The notes under the pieces: generated by a model
What the model was told of the DNA's origin: nothing
The model's input: only the letters and a program-made list of their open reading frames with translations
Databases searched by the model: none
Program-made: the position numbers and the translations under genes
Shown here: one piece after another, positions 1 to 10,454 of the stretch
Layout: each line of letters begins with the position of its first letter
Position numbering within the stretch: the first letter of the stretch is position 1
From: Thermodesulfobacteriota bacterium
Lineage (GTDB): Bacteria > Desulfobacterota > Desulfobacteria > Desulfobacterales > SURF-7
Direction of reading: 5' to 3'
Length of the DNA stretch: 64,000 nucleotides
Assembly: GCA_049320885.1 (NCBI GenBank)
Contig: JBMORA010000030.1
Coordinates: forward strand, 32,001 to 96,000

Positions 1-490
1 CAGTCAGGATATTTTTACGGGTAATCCAATTGTTGGGAAACAGGCGGGTGAGCAGGGAAGTCCGGCCGAAGAAACCGGAAAAAAGTGTGGGGAATGCCCT
101 GGCCGATCCTTGCACCGAACCGTCCTGATTGAATATTTTCGGTCCGATGACACCGACGTCCGGCTGATCCTGCAGGTATTGAATGGCCAACCGGAAAAAA
201 TTTCCTTCGATCTTCGTATCCGGATTCAAGAGGACAATGAAAGGAGCCGAACAGTCTTTGATCGCCCTGTTGACAGCCGCGGCAAAACCCAGATTCACGC
301 CAAATGTCTCTATGTCGACCTTCGGGTAGGCCTTCAACACGGCATCCAGATTTTCACCGCCGTTGTCCTTGATAAAGATATCAGCGGGTATTTCTCCCAA
401 CGATTCATGGATGGTACGAATACATTCCAGCAGGTATTCCGTGCTTTTATAATTGACAATGATGATATCGAACAGTTTATTTTCAGCCAT
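1..490 (-). CDS. GT2-family glycosyltransferase (partial, runs off left edge)
   Basis: Not in the ORF track. Manual translation from ATG 490 gives MAENKLFDIIIVNYKSTEYLLECI...IKDNGG...NLGFAAAVNRAI...VLLNPDT, which are typical GT2 motifs. Confidence 0.85.
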   Translation of the reverse strand, partial: MAENKLFDIIIVNYKSTEYLLECIRTIHESLGEIPADIFIKDNGGENLDAVLKAYPKVDIETFGVNLGFAAAVNRAIKDCSAPFIVLLNPDTKIEGNFFRLAIQYLQDQPDVGVIGPKIFNQDGSVQGSARAFPTLFSGFFGRTSLLTRLFPNNWITRKNILT

Positions 491-498
491 CATTCCGG

Positions 499-1656
499 TT
501 ACAGCGCCTCGCCGATGATCCCGCAAATCCTGTCGATCTGTTCATCATCCAGATACGGATGCATGGGCAAACTGAATATGTCGTTTGAAACCGCCTCGCT
601 GACCGGCATATCTCCCGGGGAATACCCCAGGTGGGAAAACGCGTTCTGCAGATGCAGCGGTTTCTGATAATAGACGGCTGTGGGTATGCCGTTATCCGCA
701 AGCCGGTTCCGGATGGCCAGTCTCTGTCCGCTTCTAACGGAATATTGGGCCCATACGCTTTTATAATTCTCCGGCACTTCCGGGCAGTTGACCATGGGCA
801 GACCTTGCAGGCCGCGGCCATACCTGCCGGCGACTCGTTGACGGGCGAGGATTTCGTCCGGAAAAATATGGAATTTCGACAGCAGAATGGCCGCCTGCAA
901 GGTATCCAGGCGGGCATTCAAACCGATCCGGTCATTGTGGTATTTGTCGAGCCCCTGCCCATGGATACGAATCGAATGCAGTTTTCCCGCCAGTCCGTCA
1001 TCCGCAGTGAAAACAGCACCGGCGTCACCATATGCCCCGAGCGGTTTTGCGGGGAAAAAAGACGTGCAGGAGATATCCGCCGCCGAGCAGGCTTTCTTTC
1101 CCTTATAGTCGGCTCCAAAGGACTGGGCGGCATCCGCAATCACAAAAAGGCCGTACTTCTTGGCGATGGCCTTGATGGCGTCATAATCCGCCGGCAGACC
1201 GAACAGGTCCACCGCAATGATGCCTTTGGGAACAGCTTCGCTGTCCTGAAGAATCCGCGGCAAGGCATGCACGCTTGGTTGTTTCCCCATGACTGCCTGA
1301 ATCGCTCTCTCTATTTCGGTTGGGGAAATATTAAAGGTATGCGGATCTATATCCGCAAAGACCGGTATGGCTCCGGCCAGACAGATCGCCTCGGCCGTGG
1401 CGACAAACGTGAATGGGCTTGTGATGACGACATCCCCAGGTTTTACGTCGAGGGCCATCAGCGCCATCAGCAGGGCGTCGGTCCCTGAAGAGCAGCCGAT
1501 GCAATGCGCCATGCCGGCATATTCCGCCAGTTTTTCCTCCAGTTCCTGTACTTCCGGTCCCATGATGTACTGACCGTGGTTCAGAACATTTCGGATTCTT
1601 GCCTCAATATCGGTTCTTATTCTGCGTTGTTGTGTTTCCAGGTCGATGAATTGCAT
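499..1656 (-). CDS. DegT/DnrJ/EryC1/StrS PLP-dependent sugar aminotransferase (WbpE-like)
   Basis: MQFIDL start; SSGTDAL, DAAQSFGA, SFFPAKPLGAYGDAG and NARLDTLQAA motifs. Confidence 0.92.
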   Translation of the reverse strand: MQFIDLETQQRRIRTDIEARIRNVLNHGQYIMGPEVQELEEKLAEYAGMAHCIGCSSGTDALLMALMALDVKPGDVVITSPFTFVATAEAICLAGAIPVFADIDPHTFNISPTEIERAIQAVMGKQPSVHALPRILQDSEAVPKGIIAVDLFGLPADYDAIKAIAKKYGLFVIADAAQSFGADYKGKKACSAADISCTSFFPAKPLGAYGDAGAVFTADDGLAGKLHSIRIHGQGLDKYHNDRIGLNARLDTLQAAILLSKFHIFPDEILARQRVAGRYGRGLQGLPMVNCPEVPENYKSVWAQYSVRSGQRLAIRNRLADNGIPTAVYYQKPLHLQNAFSHLGYSPGDMPVSEAVSNDIFSLPMHPYLDDEQIDRICGIIGEAL

Positions 1657-1759
1657 GCTGCTTCCTCTCCAGCGCATTTGTACGTATCTGATTTCATGGA
1701 AAAGTCAAGAGGATTCTCCATCCGAATACTGTTTTCCAGTATACTTGTGATAACAATGC

Positions 1760-3142
1760 TTATTGGCCCTGATGATCGGACAGATATCGATCCACCAGCC
1801 GTGTTGCCAAACCGGTGTACTGCTCGACCCGAATCCGCTGTATTTTTGTTTTGATATCCTCCGGAAACCGATCCATACGATCCGTGAATTCCCGTAATTC
1901 CTCCCGCGATATCTTCTTCCCGCGGGTCAGTTCTTTCAATCGCTCATAGGGGTTTTCTTCTCCAAAGACCCGCATGGCCGTCTGGATGGGTTCCGCCAGC
2001 AGTTCGACATTTTCATCCAGATCTTGTTGCAGCGTCGAGTGGTCGATGTCCAATTTTTCCAAGCCTTTTATCGCATTCAGCAGTCCGATCTGAAAATAGC
2101 CGAATATCGCTCCCATATTGCGCAGGACGGTGCTGTCCGTCAAATCTCTTTGAAATCTGGAATTCAACAGTTTCACCGCGAGATGTTCCATCATGGAGAT
2201 GGCGATCCCCATATTCCCTTCGCTGTTTTCGAAATCGATGGGATTCACCTTATGGGGCATGGTGGATGATCCGATTTCTCCCGCCTTCAGTTTTTGTTTG
2301 AAATACCCAAGGGAAACATACCCCCACATATCACGATCCAGATCCACCGTCACGGACGCGATCCGGATCATGGCATGAAACGTCCTGGAAACGTAGTGGT
2401 AGGGATTGATCTGGGTTGTATATAGAAGCGGTTGCAAATCAAGATAGGTTGAAAGAAACCGCTCGCTGGCCCCTATCCAATCGACATTCGGAAAAACGAA
2501 ATCATGGGCGTTGAAATTTCCGGTGGCCCCGTTCATCTTGGCCTGGATGGGTATCTGCATCAACTGGTCGAGTTCCTCGCGAATTCGCCAGGCAAAATTA
2601 ATGAATTCCTTTCCGATGGTCGTTGGGGATGCCGGTTGGCCGTGGGTTCGGGCCATCATCGGAATGGCTTTATAAGCTTCCCCGTACGTTTCCAGGATTT
2701 CCAGGAGCCGTCCGATTTGTTCCCGGATCAACGCCCTGCCCTTTTTCAGCATCAAGGCATAGGCGGTGTTATTGATATCCTCAGACGTGCAGGCGAAATG
2801 GACCCATTCCTTGACAGACGCCATTCCGCTGGATGACAATCTCTCCTTGATGAAATATTCCACCGCTTTTACGTCATGGTTGGTTCCTTTTTCGATTTCC
2901 TTGATCCTGGCGGCATCCCGCGGGGTGAAATGATCGGCTATCGCTTTGACTTCCGATGTTTGTTCTTCATCGAGCACCATCAAACCCAATTCCCTGCTGA
3001 GAAAGACCAGCCACTGGATTTCGACAAATACCCGGTGTTTCATCAGGCCGCATTCTGAAAAAACTTCGTTCAACCCCGCGGTAAGCCGGGCATAGCGTCC
3101 GTCCAATACGGACAAGGCCGTTAATCCTTTATCGATATCCAT
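1760..3142 (-). CDS. purB: Adenylosuccinate lyase
   Basis: TNHDVKAVEY, HFACTSEDINN, RTHGQPASPTT and GSSTMPHKVNPIDFENSEGN motifs; start approximate. Confidence 0.96.
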   Translation of the reverse strand: MDIDKGLTALSVLDGRYARLTAGLNEVFSECGLMKHRVFVEIQWLVFLSRELGLMVLDEEQTSEVKAIADHFTPRDAARIKEIEKGTNHDVKAVEYFIKERLSSSGMASVKEWVHFACTSEDINNTAYALMLKKGRALIREQIGRLLEILETYGEAYKAIPMMARTHGQPASPTTIGKEFINFAWRIREELDQLMQIPIQAKMNGATGNFNAHDFVFPNVDWIGASERFLSTYLDLQPLLYTTQINPYHYVSRTFHAMIRIASVTVDLDRDMWGYVSLGYFKQKLKAGEIGSSTMPHKVNPIDFENSEGNMGIAISMMEHLAVKLLNSRFQRDLTDSTVLRNMGAIFGYFQIGLLNAIKGLEKLDIDHSTLQQDLDENVELLAEPIQTAMRVFGEENPYERLKELTRGKKISREELREFTDRMDRFPEDIKTKIQRIRVEQYTGLATRLVDRYLSDHQGQ

Positions 3143-3364
3143 CCTGTTGAATCCTTTCATTTTTTCATTCAAACGCCTGTTTGATCCATGGGTTATAGCC
3201 GCAGATCACGAAGGCGATATGGCCGGCACGGGAAGGGACTGTACCACCGTTGAACGGCGGTTTCAATTCGTTTCAAAAAACGTTGAAAAAAAGATATGAT
3301 GGCCCCGACTATCCCCTTGACAACGAATCGAGGTGATGGTAAAGGCACTTCGAAAGGGATTGTG

Positions 3365-3463
3365 ATGAAAACCATATCGGCCATTATTCTGATTCACGTA
3401 TCGATTCTACTTATCAGCCTCGTCGTAGGGATTGTACCCTGCCGCGAGGAATGGGGACGATAA
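3365..3463 (+). CDS. Ile/Leu/Val-rich attenuator leader peptide (32 aa)
   Basis: MKTISAIILIHVSILLISLVVGIVPCREEWGR*: 7 Ile, 4 Leu, 4 Val. Lies directly upstream of a terminator and ilvD. Confidence 0.85.
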   Translation: MKTISAIILIHVSILLISLVVGIVPCREEWGR

Positions 3464-3490
3464 TGGCCTGAAATAAAAGTTTCAACACCG

Positions 3491-3529
3491 AAAACCGTTA
3501 TCAGCCCCAACGCTGATAACGGTTTTTTT
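3491..3529 (+). terminator. Attenuator terminator of the ilv operon
   Basis: AAAACCGTTATCAGC-cccaac-GCTGATAACGGTTTT followed by further T residues. Confidence 0.9.
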
Positions 3530-3548
3530 ATTTTAAGGAGGCCTCTTC

Positions 3549-5216
3549 ATGAAAAGCGATATCGTTAAAAAAGGGATCGAGCGGGCTCCGCATCGATCCT
3601 TGTTTAAATCCATGGGATATACCGACGAAGAGATCAAGCGGCCGCTCATCGGCATTGCCAATTCCGCCAACACCATCATCCCCGGCCATGTCCAGTTGAA
3701 CACCATTGTAGAGGCCGTCAAGGCGGGTATTTATATGGCGGGCGGTACTCCCATCGAATTCGGGGTGATCGGGGTATGTGACGGGATCGCCATGAATCAC
3801 ATCGGGATGAAATATTCCCTCGGCAGCCGGGAATTGGTTGCGGATTCCATTGAAATCATGGCCACCGCGCATGCATTCGATGCCATGGTCATGGTGCCGA
3901 ACTGCGATAAAATCGTTCCCGGAATGCTGATGGCCGCGGCCAGACTCGATCTGCCCACGATATTCATCAGCGGTGGTCCCATGCTGGCAGGTCAGCATCC
4001 ACTCAAAGCCGATAAAAAGCTTGATCTGGTAACGGTTTTTGAATCCGTCGGCGCCGTTCTCGCGGGTAAAATGAGCGATGAGGAACTGGCGTTGATCGAG
4101 GACGCGGCCTGTCCCACCTGCGGGTCCTGCGCCGGCATGTTCACGGCGAATTCAATGAACTGCCTGACCGAGGTCATCGGCATGGGACTGCCGGGCCATG
4201 GAACCATCCCCGCGGTCATGGCGGCCAGACTGCGGCTGGCCAAAGCCGCCGGCATGGGCATCATGACGTTGTGGGAAAAACAAATCACCGCCCGGAAAAT
4301 CATGACGGAAAAGGCTTTTCACAATGCGTTGACGGTGGATATGGCCCTGGGCTGCTCAACCAATACGGTGTTGCATCTGCCGGCGATAGCCAGGGAGGCA
4401 GATGTGGCCATCGATCTGAACCTGATCAATGCAATCAGCAAAAAAACACCGCATCTTTGTTCCCTGAGCCCGGGCGGCAGTCATCATATACAGGATCTGA
4501 ACAGCGCCGGCGGTATCGGCGCGGTCATGAAAGTGCTCCACCAGGCCGGCTTGCTCCACGCGGACTGCCTGACGGTTACAGGCCATCCCCTTGCCGCAAC
4601 CATCGATAAGGCCCGGGTACTGAATACGGATGTCATCCGTTCCTTTGAAACAGCCTATCATGCGGAAGGCGGCCTGGCGGTGCTTTTCGGCAATCTGGCT
4701 CCCGGTGGATGCGTGGTCAAGCAATCCGCGGTTCGCCCTGAAATGATGCGTCATGAGGGGCCCGCGCGGGTCTTTGATTCAGAGGAAGCCGCCACCGAGG
4801 CCATCATGAAATCAAGCATCAACAAAGGCGACGTCATCGTGGTCCGCTACGAAGGTCCCATGGGTGGTCCCGGCATGCGGGAAATGCTGACCCCCACATC
4901 GGCGATTGCCGGGATGAAGCTGGATGCCGACGTGGCCCTGATCACCGATGGGCGTTTTTCCGGCGGCACCAGGGGCGCGGCCATCGGGCATGTTTCGCCG
5001 GAAGCCATGCAAAAAGGGCCCATTGCCCTGGTGGAGGAAGGCGACCGCATCGCCATCGATATTCCGGCCAAAACCATCACCCTCAAGGTGCCGGAAGCGG
5101 AACTGCAAAAACGGATGATGCGTTGGACCCAACCCGAACCCAAAATTACAAAAGGCTATATGGCGCGTTACGCCCGGATGGTTTCCTCCGCCAGTGAAGG
5201 CGCGGTTTTTAAATGA
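3549..5216 (+). CDS. ilvD: Dihydroxy-acid dehydratase
   Basis: [30 protein letters not shown] and ITDGRFSG motifs. Confidence 0.97.
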   Translation: MKSDIVKKGIERAPHRSLFKSMGYTDEEIKRPLIGIANSANTIIPGHVQLNTIVEAVKAGIYMAGGTPIEFGVIGVCDGIAMNHIGMKYSLGSRELVADSIEIMATAHAFDAMVMVPNCDKIVPGMLMAAARLDLPTIFISGGPMLAGQHPLKADKKLDLVTVFESVGAVLAGKMSDEELALIEDAACPTCGSCAGMFTANSMNCLTEVIGMGLPGHGTIPAVMAARLRLAKAAGMGIMTLWEKQITARKIMTEKAFHNALTVDMALGCSTNTVLHLPAIAREADVAIDLNLINAISKKTPHLCSLSPGGSHHIQDLNSAGGIGAVMKVLHQAGLLHADCLTVTGHPLAATIDKARVLNTDVIRSFETAYHAEGGLAVLFGNLAPGGCVVKQSAVRPEMMRHEGPARVFDSEEAATEAIMKSSINKGDVIVVRYEGPMGGPGMREMLTPTSAIAGMKLDADVALITDGRFSGGTRGAAIGHVSPEAMQKGPIALVEEGDRIAIDIPAKTITLKVPEAELQKRMMRWTQPEPKITKGYMARYARMVSSASEGAVFK

Positions 5217-5268
5217 GGACCGTCACTGTTTACTATAATATCATTTCATGTAAGGAAGGCACAGAACC

Positions 5269-6954
5269 ATGGAATTAAAAGGCGCTCAGATTCTGATGAA
5301 GGTGTTGCAGGAAGAAGGGGTTGACACGATATTCGGATATCCCGGCGGCGCGGTTCTTGATTTTTATGATGAGCTGTCCCGTACCGATTTTAACCATATT
5401 CTCGTTCGTCATGAACAGGGGGCCGTCCACGCGGCGGATGGTTATGCCAGGGCCAGCGGCAAAGTAGGGGTTTGCCTGGTGACATCGGGGCCGGGTGCCA
5501 CCAATACCGTTACCGGTATCGCCTCGGCGAACGCGGATTCCATCCCCTTGGTGATCATCACCGGCCAGGTGCCCACGCATCTCATCGGCAACGATGCGTT
5601 TCAGGAAGTCGATATCGTCGGCATCACCCGGCCGTGCACCAAACACAATTACCTGGTGAAAAACATCGAGGATTTGGAAAGAGTGATCCGGGAGGCCTTC
5701 TATATCGCCCGATCCGGCCGGCCGGGACCGGTGCTCATCGATATACCCAAAGACGTCACCAATGCCAAAACCACTTACAAGGGATTGGAAACCATTAAAT
5801 TGCGCTCTTACAATCCCACATACGAACCGAATTTAAAACAGGTTCGAAAAGTGGTGGAGCTGATCCAACAGGCCCGAAAGCCGGTCATTTTTGCAGGCGG
5901 GGGCGTGATCCTTTCCAATGCCTCGGCGGAACTGTCGGAATTGGCCCGTCAATGCGCCATTCCGGTGACAACCTCCTTGATGGGGCTGGGCGCATTTCCC
6001 GGAACCGACCCGCTCTGGCTGGGCATGCTCGGCATGCATGGAACCTACAGGGCCAATATGTCCATCGGTCAGGCGGACCTTTTGATCTCCGTCGGCGTGC
6101 GGTTCGATGACCGGGTTACCGGAAAGGTGGACGAATTCGCGAAACACGCCCAGATCGTTCAGATCGACATCGACCCCACCTCGATTCATAAAAACATTCC
6201 GGTCACCGTGCCGCTGGTGGGAGACTGCCGAATCACCCTGCAGCATCTGAACCGCATGCTCAAGGATATCGACCTCACGGATATCGGCAAAAAACGTTCC
6301 TTATGGTTGGGTCAGATCGATGCCTGGAAAAAAACCACTCCCCTGGCGTATGAACAAAAAGAAACGATCAAACCGCAATACGTTGTGGAAAAATTGTTTG
6401 AATTGACCAAGGGGGAAGCCATCATAACAACCGAAGTGGGGCAAAACCAGATGTGGGCGGCACAATATTATCATTTCAGTCAGCCCAACCATTTCATCAC
6501 CTCCGGCGGATTGGGGTGCATGGGGTTCGGATTGCCGGCAGCCATCGGCGCACAGGTCGCAAGGCCGGATAAAACCGTCATTGACATCGCCGGCGACGGC
6601 AGCATCCAAATGAACATCCAGGAGATGGCCACTGCGGTTCAATTCTGTTTACCGGTGAAAATCGCCATCCTGAACAACGGTTATCTCGGTATGGTCCGGC
6701 AGTGGCAGGAATTGTTCTACAAAAAGAATTATTCCTGCACCAATATGGAACACGCCCCGGATTTTGTGCGGCTGGCGGAGGCGTATGGAGCGGTGGGTCT
6801 CAGGGCCACGAAACCGGAAGAAGTGGAACAGGTCATTAAAACCGCCCTGTCCATCCAGAAACCGGTGATTATGGATTTCGTCGTGGCCCGTGAAGAAGGC
6901 GTCTATCCCATGGTTCCGGCGGGCGCCCCGATTACCGAAATGCTTCTGGTTTGA
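5269..6954 (+). CDS. ilvB: Acetolactate synthase large subunit
   Basis: FGYPGGA, VRHEQGA, TSGPGATN and the GDGS..MN TPP-binding motif. Confidence 0.97.
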   Translation: MELKGAQILMKVLQEEGVDTIFGYPGGAVLDFYDELSRTDFNHILVRHEQGAVHAADGYARASGKVGVCLVTSGPGATNTVTGIASANADSIPLVIITGQVPTHLIGNDAFQEVDIVGITRPCTKHNYLVKNIEDLERVIREAFYIARSGRPGPVLIDIPKDVTNAKTTYKGLETIKLRSYNPTYEPNLKQVRKVVELIQQARKPVIFAGGGVILSNASAELSELARQCAIPVTTSLMGLGAFPGTDPLWLGMLGMHGTYRANMSIGQADLLISVGVRFDDRVTGKVDEFAKHAQIVQIDIDPTSIHKNIPVTVPLVGDCRITLQHLNRMLKDIDLTDIGKKRSLWLGQIDAWKKTTPLAYEQKETIKPQYVVEKLFELTKGEAIITTEVGQNQMWAAQYYHFSQPNHFITSGGLGCMGFGLPAAIGAQVARPDKTVIDIAGDGSIQMNIQEMATAVQFCLPVKIAILNNGYLGMVRQWQELFYKKNYSCTNMEHAPDFVRLAEAYGAVGLRATKPEEVEQVIKTALSIQKPVIMDFVVAREEGVYPMVPAGAPITEMLLV

Positions 6955-6971
6955 TCTGGAGGGAAAAGACC

Positions 6972-7460
6972 ATGACGGAAAAAAAACATCTGTTCTCAAT
7001 TCTAGTGGATAATCAACCCGGTGTTCTCTCCAGAATCGCAGGGTTGTTCAGTGGCCGGGGATACAATATCGAAAGTCTATGCGTGGCCGAGACATCCGAT
7101 CCCCAGGTGTCGCGGATCACGATGGTCACCATGGGAGACGACCAGATCATCGAGCAGATCAAAAAACAACTGTTCAAATTGATCAATGTCATCAAAGTCA
7201 ATGATCTGACCGGAACCAATTGCATTCAGAGAGAATTGGTGCTGATCAAAGTGATGGCCAAGCCCGAGCACCGCGCCGAGATTCTTCGCATTGTCGATAT
7301 ATTCCGGGGGAAAGTGGTGGATGTCGGTCCGGAACATTATACCATCGAAATCACCGGCAACGAAGACAAGCTGGCGGCGATACAGAATCTTCTGCGCCCC
7401 ATGGGTATCAAGGAAATCGCCCGAACCGGGAACATTGCCCTGATGCGGGAATCGAAATGA
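6972..7460 (+). CDS. ilvN: Acetolactate synthase small subunit
   Basis: ACT domain NQPGVLSRIAGLFSGRGYNIESL. Confidence 0.96.
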   Translation: MTEKKHLFSILVDNQPGVLSRIAGLFSGRGYNIESLCVAETSDPQVSRITMVTMGDDQIIEQIKKQLFKLINVIKVNDLTGTNCIQRELVLIKVMAKPEHRAEILRIVDIFRGKVVDVGPEHYTIEITGNEDKLAAIQNLLRPMGIKEIARTGNIALMRESK

Positions 7461-7559
7461 AGCGAAACCGTGCATTCCGACCGTAGCGTCCGGAAAGGAC
7501 CCGAAATTGCACCATAATAAAATCAACTTCATCAACAGACAAAGTAAAAGGAGATTGTT

Positions 7560-8618
7560 ATGCCGAAAATCGATTTTGGCGGTGTCAAAGAAGACATTGT
7601 AACCGTGGATGAATTTCCCCTGTCAAAAGCCCGTGAAATCCTGAAAAACGAGACCATTGCCGTACTCGGCTACGGGGTGCAAGGTCCTGCCCAGGCGTTG
7701 AATATGAAAGACAACGGGTTTGAAGTGATCATCGGTCAGCTGGAAGGCGACGAATATTGGGAAAAAGCCGTCAGAGACGGTTTCGTCCCGGGTAAAACCC
7801 TTTTTCCCATCGAAGAGGCGGCCAAAAAAGGCACCATTATCCAGATGCTGCTTTCGGATGCCGGTCAGGTAGCCGTATGGCCGAAAATCAAGAAATGCCT
7901 GAACAAGGGGGATGCGCTGTATTTCTCCCACGGTTTTTCCATTGTTTATAAAGAGCAGACAGGCGTCGTTCCTCCCGCGGATATCGATGTCATTCTGGTT
8001 GCCCCGAAAGGTTCCGGCACCAACGTCAGAAGGAATTTCCTTGACGGAAGCGGCATCAATTCCAGCTATGCCGTTCATCAGGATTTTACGGGGCGGGCTA
8101 CGGAAAGGACCTTGGCCATCGGGATCGCCATCGGCTCCGGCTACCTCTTTCCCACAACCTTCGAGCAGGAAGTCTACAGCGACCTCACCGGTGAACGTGG
8201 CGTGCTCATGGGCTGTCTGGCCGGGACCATGGAAGCCCAATACAATGTTCTTCGAAAAAACGGACATTCTCCAAGCGAAGCGTTCAATGAAACCGTCGAA
8301 GAATTGACCCAAAGCCTGATCCGCCTCGTGGCTGAAAATGGCATGGATTGGATGTTTTCCAATTGCAGCGCCACCGCTCAACGGGGAGCCCTCGACTGGG
8401 CGCCGAAATTCCGGGATGCCGTCGCTCCGGTGTTTGAAGAATTGTACAGCAGGGTAAGGTCCGGCAAGGAAACCGAGCGCGTGCTGACGGTCAACAGTGC
8501 TCCGGATTATAAGGTAAAACTCGAAGCGGAACTCAAGGCCCTGAGAGACTCGGAGATGTGGCGTGCCGGCGCTGCCGTTCGGGCGCTCCGCCCGGAAAAC
8601 AGAAAACAAGGGAAATAA
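7560..8618 (+). CDS. ilvC: Ketol-acid reductoisomerase
   Basis: GYGVQGPAQALN, FSHGF, VAPKGSG, SDLTGER and FNETVEE motifs. Confidence 0.96.
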   Translation: MPKIDFGGVKEDIVTVDEFPLSKAREILKNETIAVLGYGVQGPAQALNMKDNGFEVIIGQLEGDEYWEKAVRDGFVPGKTLFPIEEAAKKGTIIQMLLSDAGQVAVWPKIKKCLNKGDALYFSHGFSIVYKEQTGVVPPADIDVILVAPKGSGTNVRRNFLDGSGINSSYAVHQDFTGRATERTLAIGIAIGSGYLFPTTFEQEVYSDLTGERGVLMGCLAGTMEAQYNVLRKNGHSPSEAFNETVEELTQSLIRLVAENGMDWMFSNCSATAQRGALDWAPKFRDAVAPVFEELYSRVRSGKETERVLTVNSAPDYKVKLEAELKALRDSEMWRAGAAVRALRPENRKQGK

Positions 8619-8650
8619 GAAAACAGACCGGGATCGATCGCGGATGGTTC

Positions 8651-8690
8651 CGGAGCAAACCACCTTCCCGGCAAATGGTGGTTTGCTCCG
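8651..8690. repeat. 14-bp stem-loop between ilvC and cimA
   Basis: CGGAGCAAACCACC ... GGTGGTTTGCTCCG, with no U-tract. Confidence 0.7.
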
Positions 8691-8828
8691 CCCTGCCCTG
8701 AGGGTTCGGTGCGCATCCCCCACCTGCCCTGCCGTGACTTCCATCCGATCTTTCAGACCGGCATTAGCGGTTGACACCGGCCCAACTGGTTGAACCGGGG
8801 AGTGCGTTTCATTTTGGAGTATGGACAA

Positions 8829-10451
8829 ATGGCCCATGAAAAACAATCAGACCCTGTATGGATTTATGATACGACCCTCCGGGACGGCACCCAGGGCGAA
8901 AATGTCAGTTTCACTGTGGATGAAAAAATTCGCATCGCCCATAAACTGGATGAACTCGGTGTTCATTACATCGAGGGCGGCTGGCCGGGTTCCAATCCGC
9001 GTGACATGAAGTTTTTCAAGGAGGCCGCCAAAACCGAATTTGCCACCGCCAAGTTGTCGGCCTTCGGTTCCACCCGGCGCCCGGGAATTGCCGTTGCGGA
9101 AGACCCGAATCTCAAGGCCCTGCTGGCAAGCCATACTCCGGTGGTGACCATCTTCGGTAAAACCTGGGACCTGCACATTCAAAAGGTCATGAAGAACACT
9201 CTCCAGGAAAATCTGGACATGATCCGGGAGAGTGTCGCCTTTTTAAAAGCCGCCGGCAGGGAAGTCGTGTATGATGCCGAACATTTTTTCGACGGATATT
9301 TCGACAATCAAGCCTATGCCTTGGAAACCCTGCAGGCAGCCATTGAGGGCGGGGCGGATTTTATCGTTCTGTGTGATACCAACGGTGGTAGCCTCACCTT
9401 CGATATTGAAGAAACCGTAAAAACCGTGCGAAAATCCCTGCGGCATTCCCACCGTTCCGTTTCCGGCGGCGCCGGGATCAAACTCGGCATCCATACCCAT
9501 GACGACAGCGGGTTGGCGGTGGCCAACAGCATTGCGGCCATCCATGCCGGCGCCTGCATGGTCCATGGAACGATCAATGGATACGGGGAACGGTGCGGCA
9601 ATGCGGATTTGACCTCGATCATTCCGATCTTGCGCCTGAAAATGAACCGGCCCTGCATCTCCGACAAAAACCTGGAGAAGCTGAGGAAATTATCCAGATT
9701 CGTCAGTGAGACCGCCAACATGACCCCATTGAACAGCAGGCCTTTTGTCGGTAAAAGCGCCTTTGCCCATAAGGGCGGGATTCATGTCAGCGCGATCATG
9801 AAAATCCCCCGCGCTTATGAGCACATCCAACCCGAACTTGTGGGAAATAAACGCCGGGTGTTGATTTCCGATCTGTCCGGAAAAAGCAATATCGAATACA
9901 AAGCCAAGGAACTGGGTATCGAGCTGGATGCCGACGGCAAGGTCAGCCGGGAAATCGTTTCCGAAATCAAGCGGCTCGAACAGGAAGGCTATCAATTTGA
10001 AGTGGCGGACGGCTCCTTTAAAGTCCTGATGGAGAAAATCACCAACCGCTTTAAACCCTGGTTTGAGTTACAATCGTTCCGCGTGACCATTGAAAAGGAC
10101 AAGGACCGCCCCTGTTCTTCCCATGCGATGATCAAAATAGCGGTTTCGGGTACGGAAGCCATTACGGCGGCTGAAGGGAACGGCCCGGTGAGCGCCCTGG
10201 ATAACGCCCTGCGCAAGGCGCTGGCCAATTTCTTTCCAAATCTGGATGATATGCAGCTGGTGGACTTCAAGGTTCGTGTCATGGACGGCCGCGACGGGAC
10301 ATCGGCAAAGGTCCGGGTTTTAATTGAATCCAGGGATTCGGAAACCATTTGGGGAACCATCGGGGTGTCCAGCGACATCATCGAGGCAAGCTGGCAGGCC
10401 CTGGCCGATAGTTTTCATTATAAGCTTACAAACGACAGAACAGTGGAGTAA
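8829..10451 (+). CDS. cimA: Citramalate synthase
   Basis: YDTTLRDGTQGE, EGGWPGSNP, FGKTWDLH, DAEHFFDG and FAHKGGIH motifs. Confidence 0.93.
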   Translation: MAHEKQSDPVWIYDTTLRDGTQGENVSFTVDEKIRIAHKLDELGVHYIEGGWPGSNPRDMKFFKEAAKTEFATAKLSAFGSTRRPGIAVAEDPNLKALLASHTPVVTIFGKTWDLHIQKVMKNTLQENLDMIRESVAFLKAAGREVVYDAEHFFDGYFDNQAYALETLQAAIEGGADFIVLCDTNGGSLTFDIEETVKTVRKSLRHSHRSVSGGAGIKLGIHTHDDSGLAVANSIAAIHAGACMVHGTINGYGERCGNADLTSIIPILRLKMNRPCISDKNLEKLRKLSRFVSETANMTPLNSRPFVGKSAFAHKGGIHVSAIMKIPRAYEHIQPELVGNKRRVLISDLSGKSNIEYKAKELGIELDADGKVSREIVSEIKRLEQEGYQFEVADGSFKVLMEKITNRFKPWFELQSFRVTIEKDKDRPCSSHAMIKIAVSGTEAITAAEGNGPVSALDNALRKALANFFPNLDDMQLVDFKVRVMDGRDGTSAKVRVLIESRDSETIWGTIGVSSDIIEASWQALADSFHYKLTNDRTVE

Positions 10452-10454
10452 CCC

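Noticed and set aside
8620..8828. Possible riboswitch or second attenuator before cimA
   Set aside because: Only one hairpin, with no U-tract, no leader peptide and no recognisable aptamer.
7623..8846. 407-aa antisense ORF over ilvC (similar long shadow ORFs at 14264-15877, 18074-19474, 34815-36044 and 41876-43180)
   Set aside because: These are antisense shadows of well-supported genes, expected with GC-biased codon usage, and show no motifs of their own.
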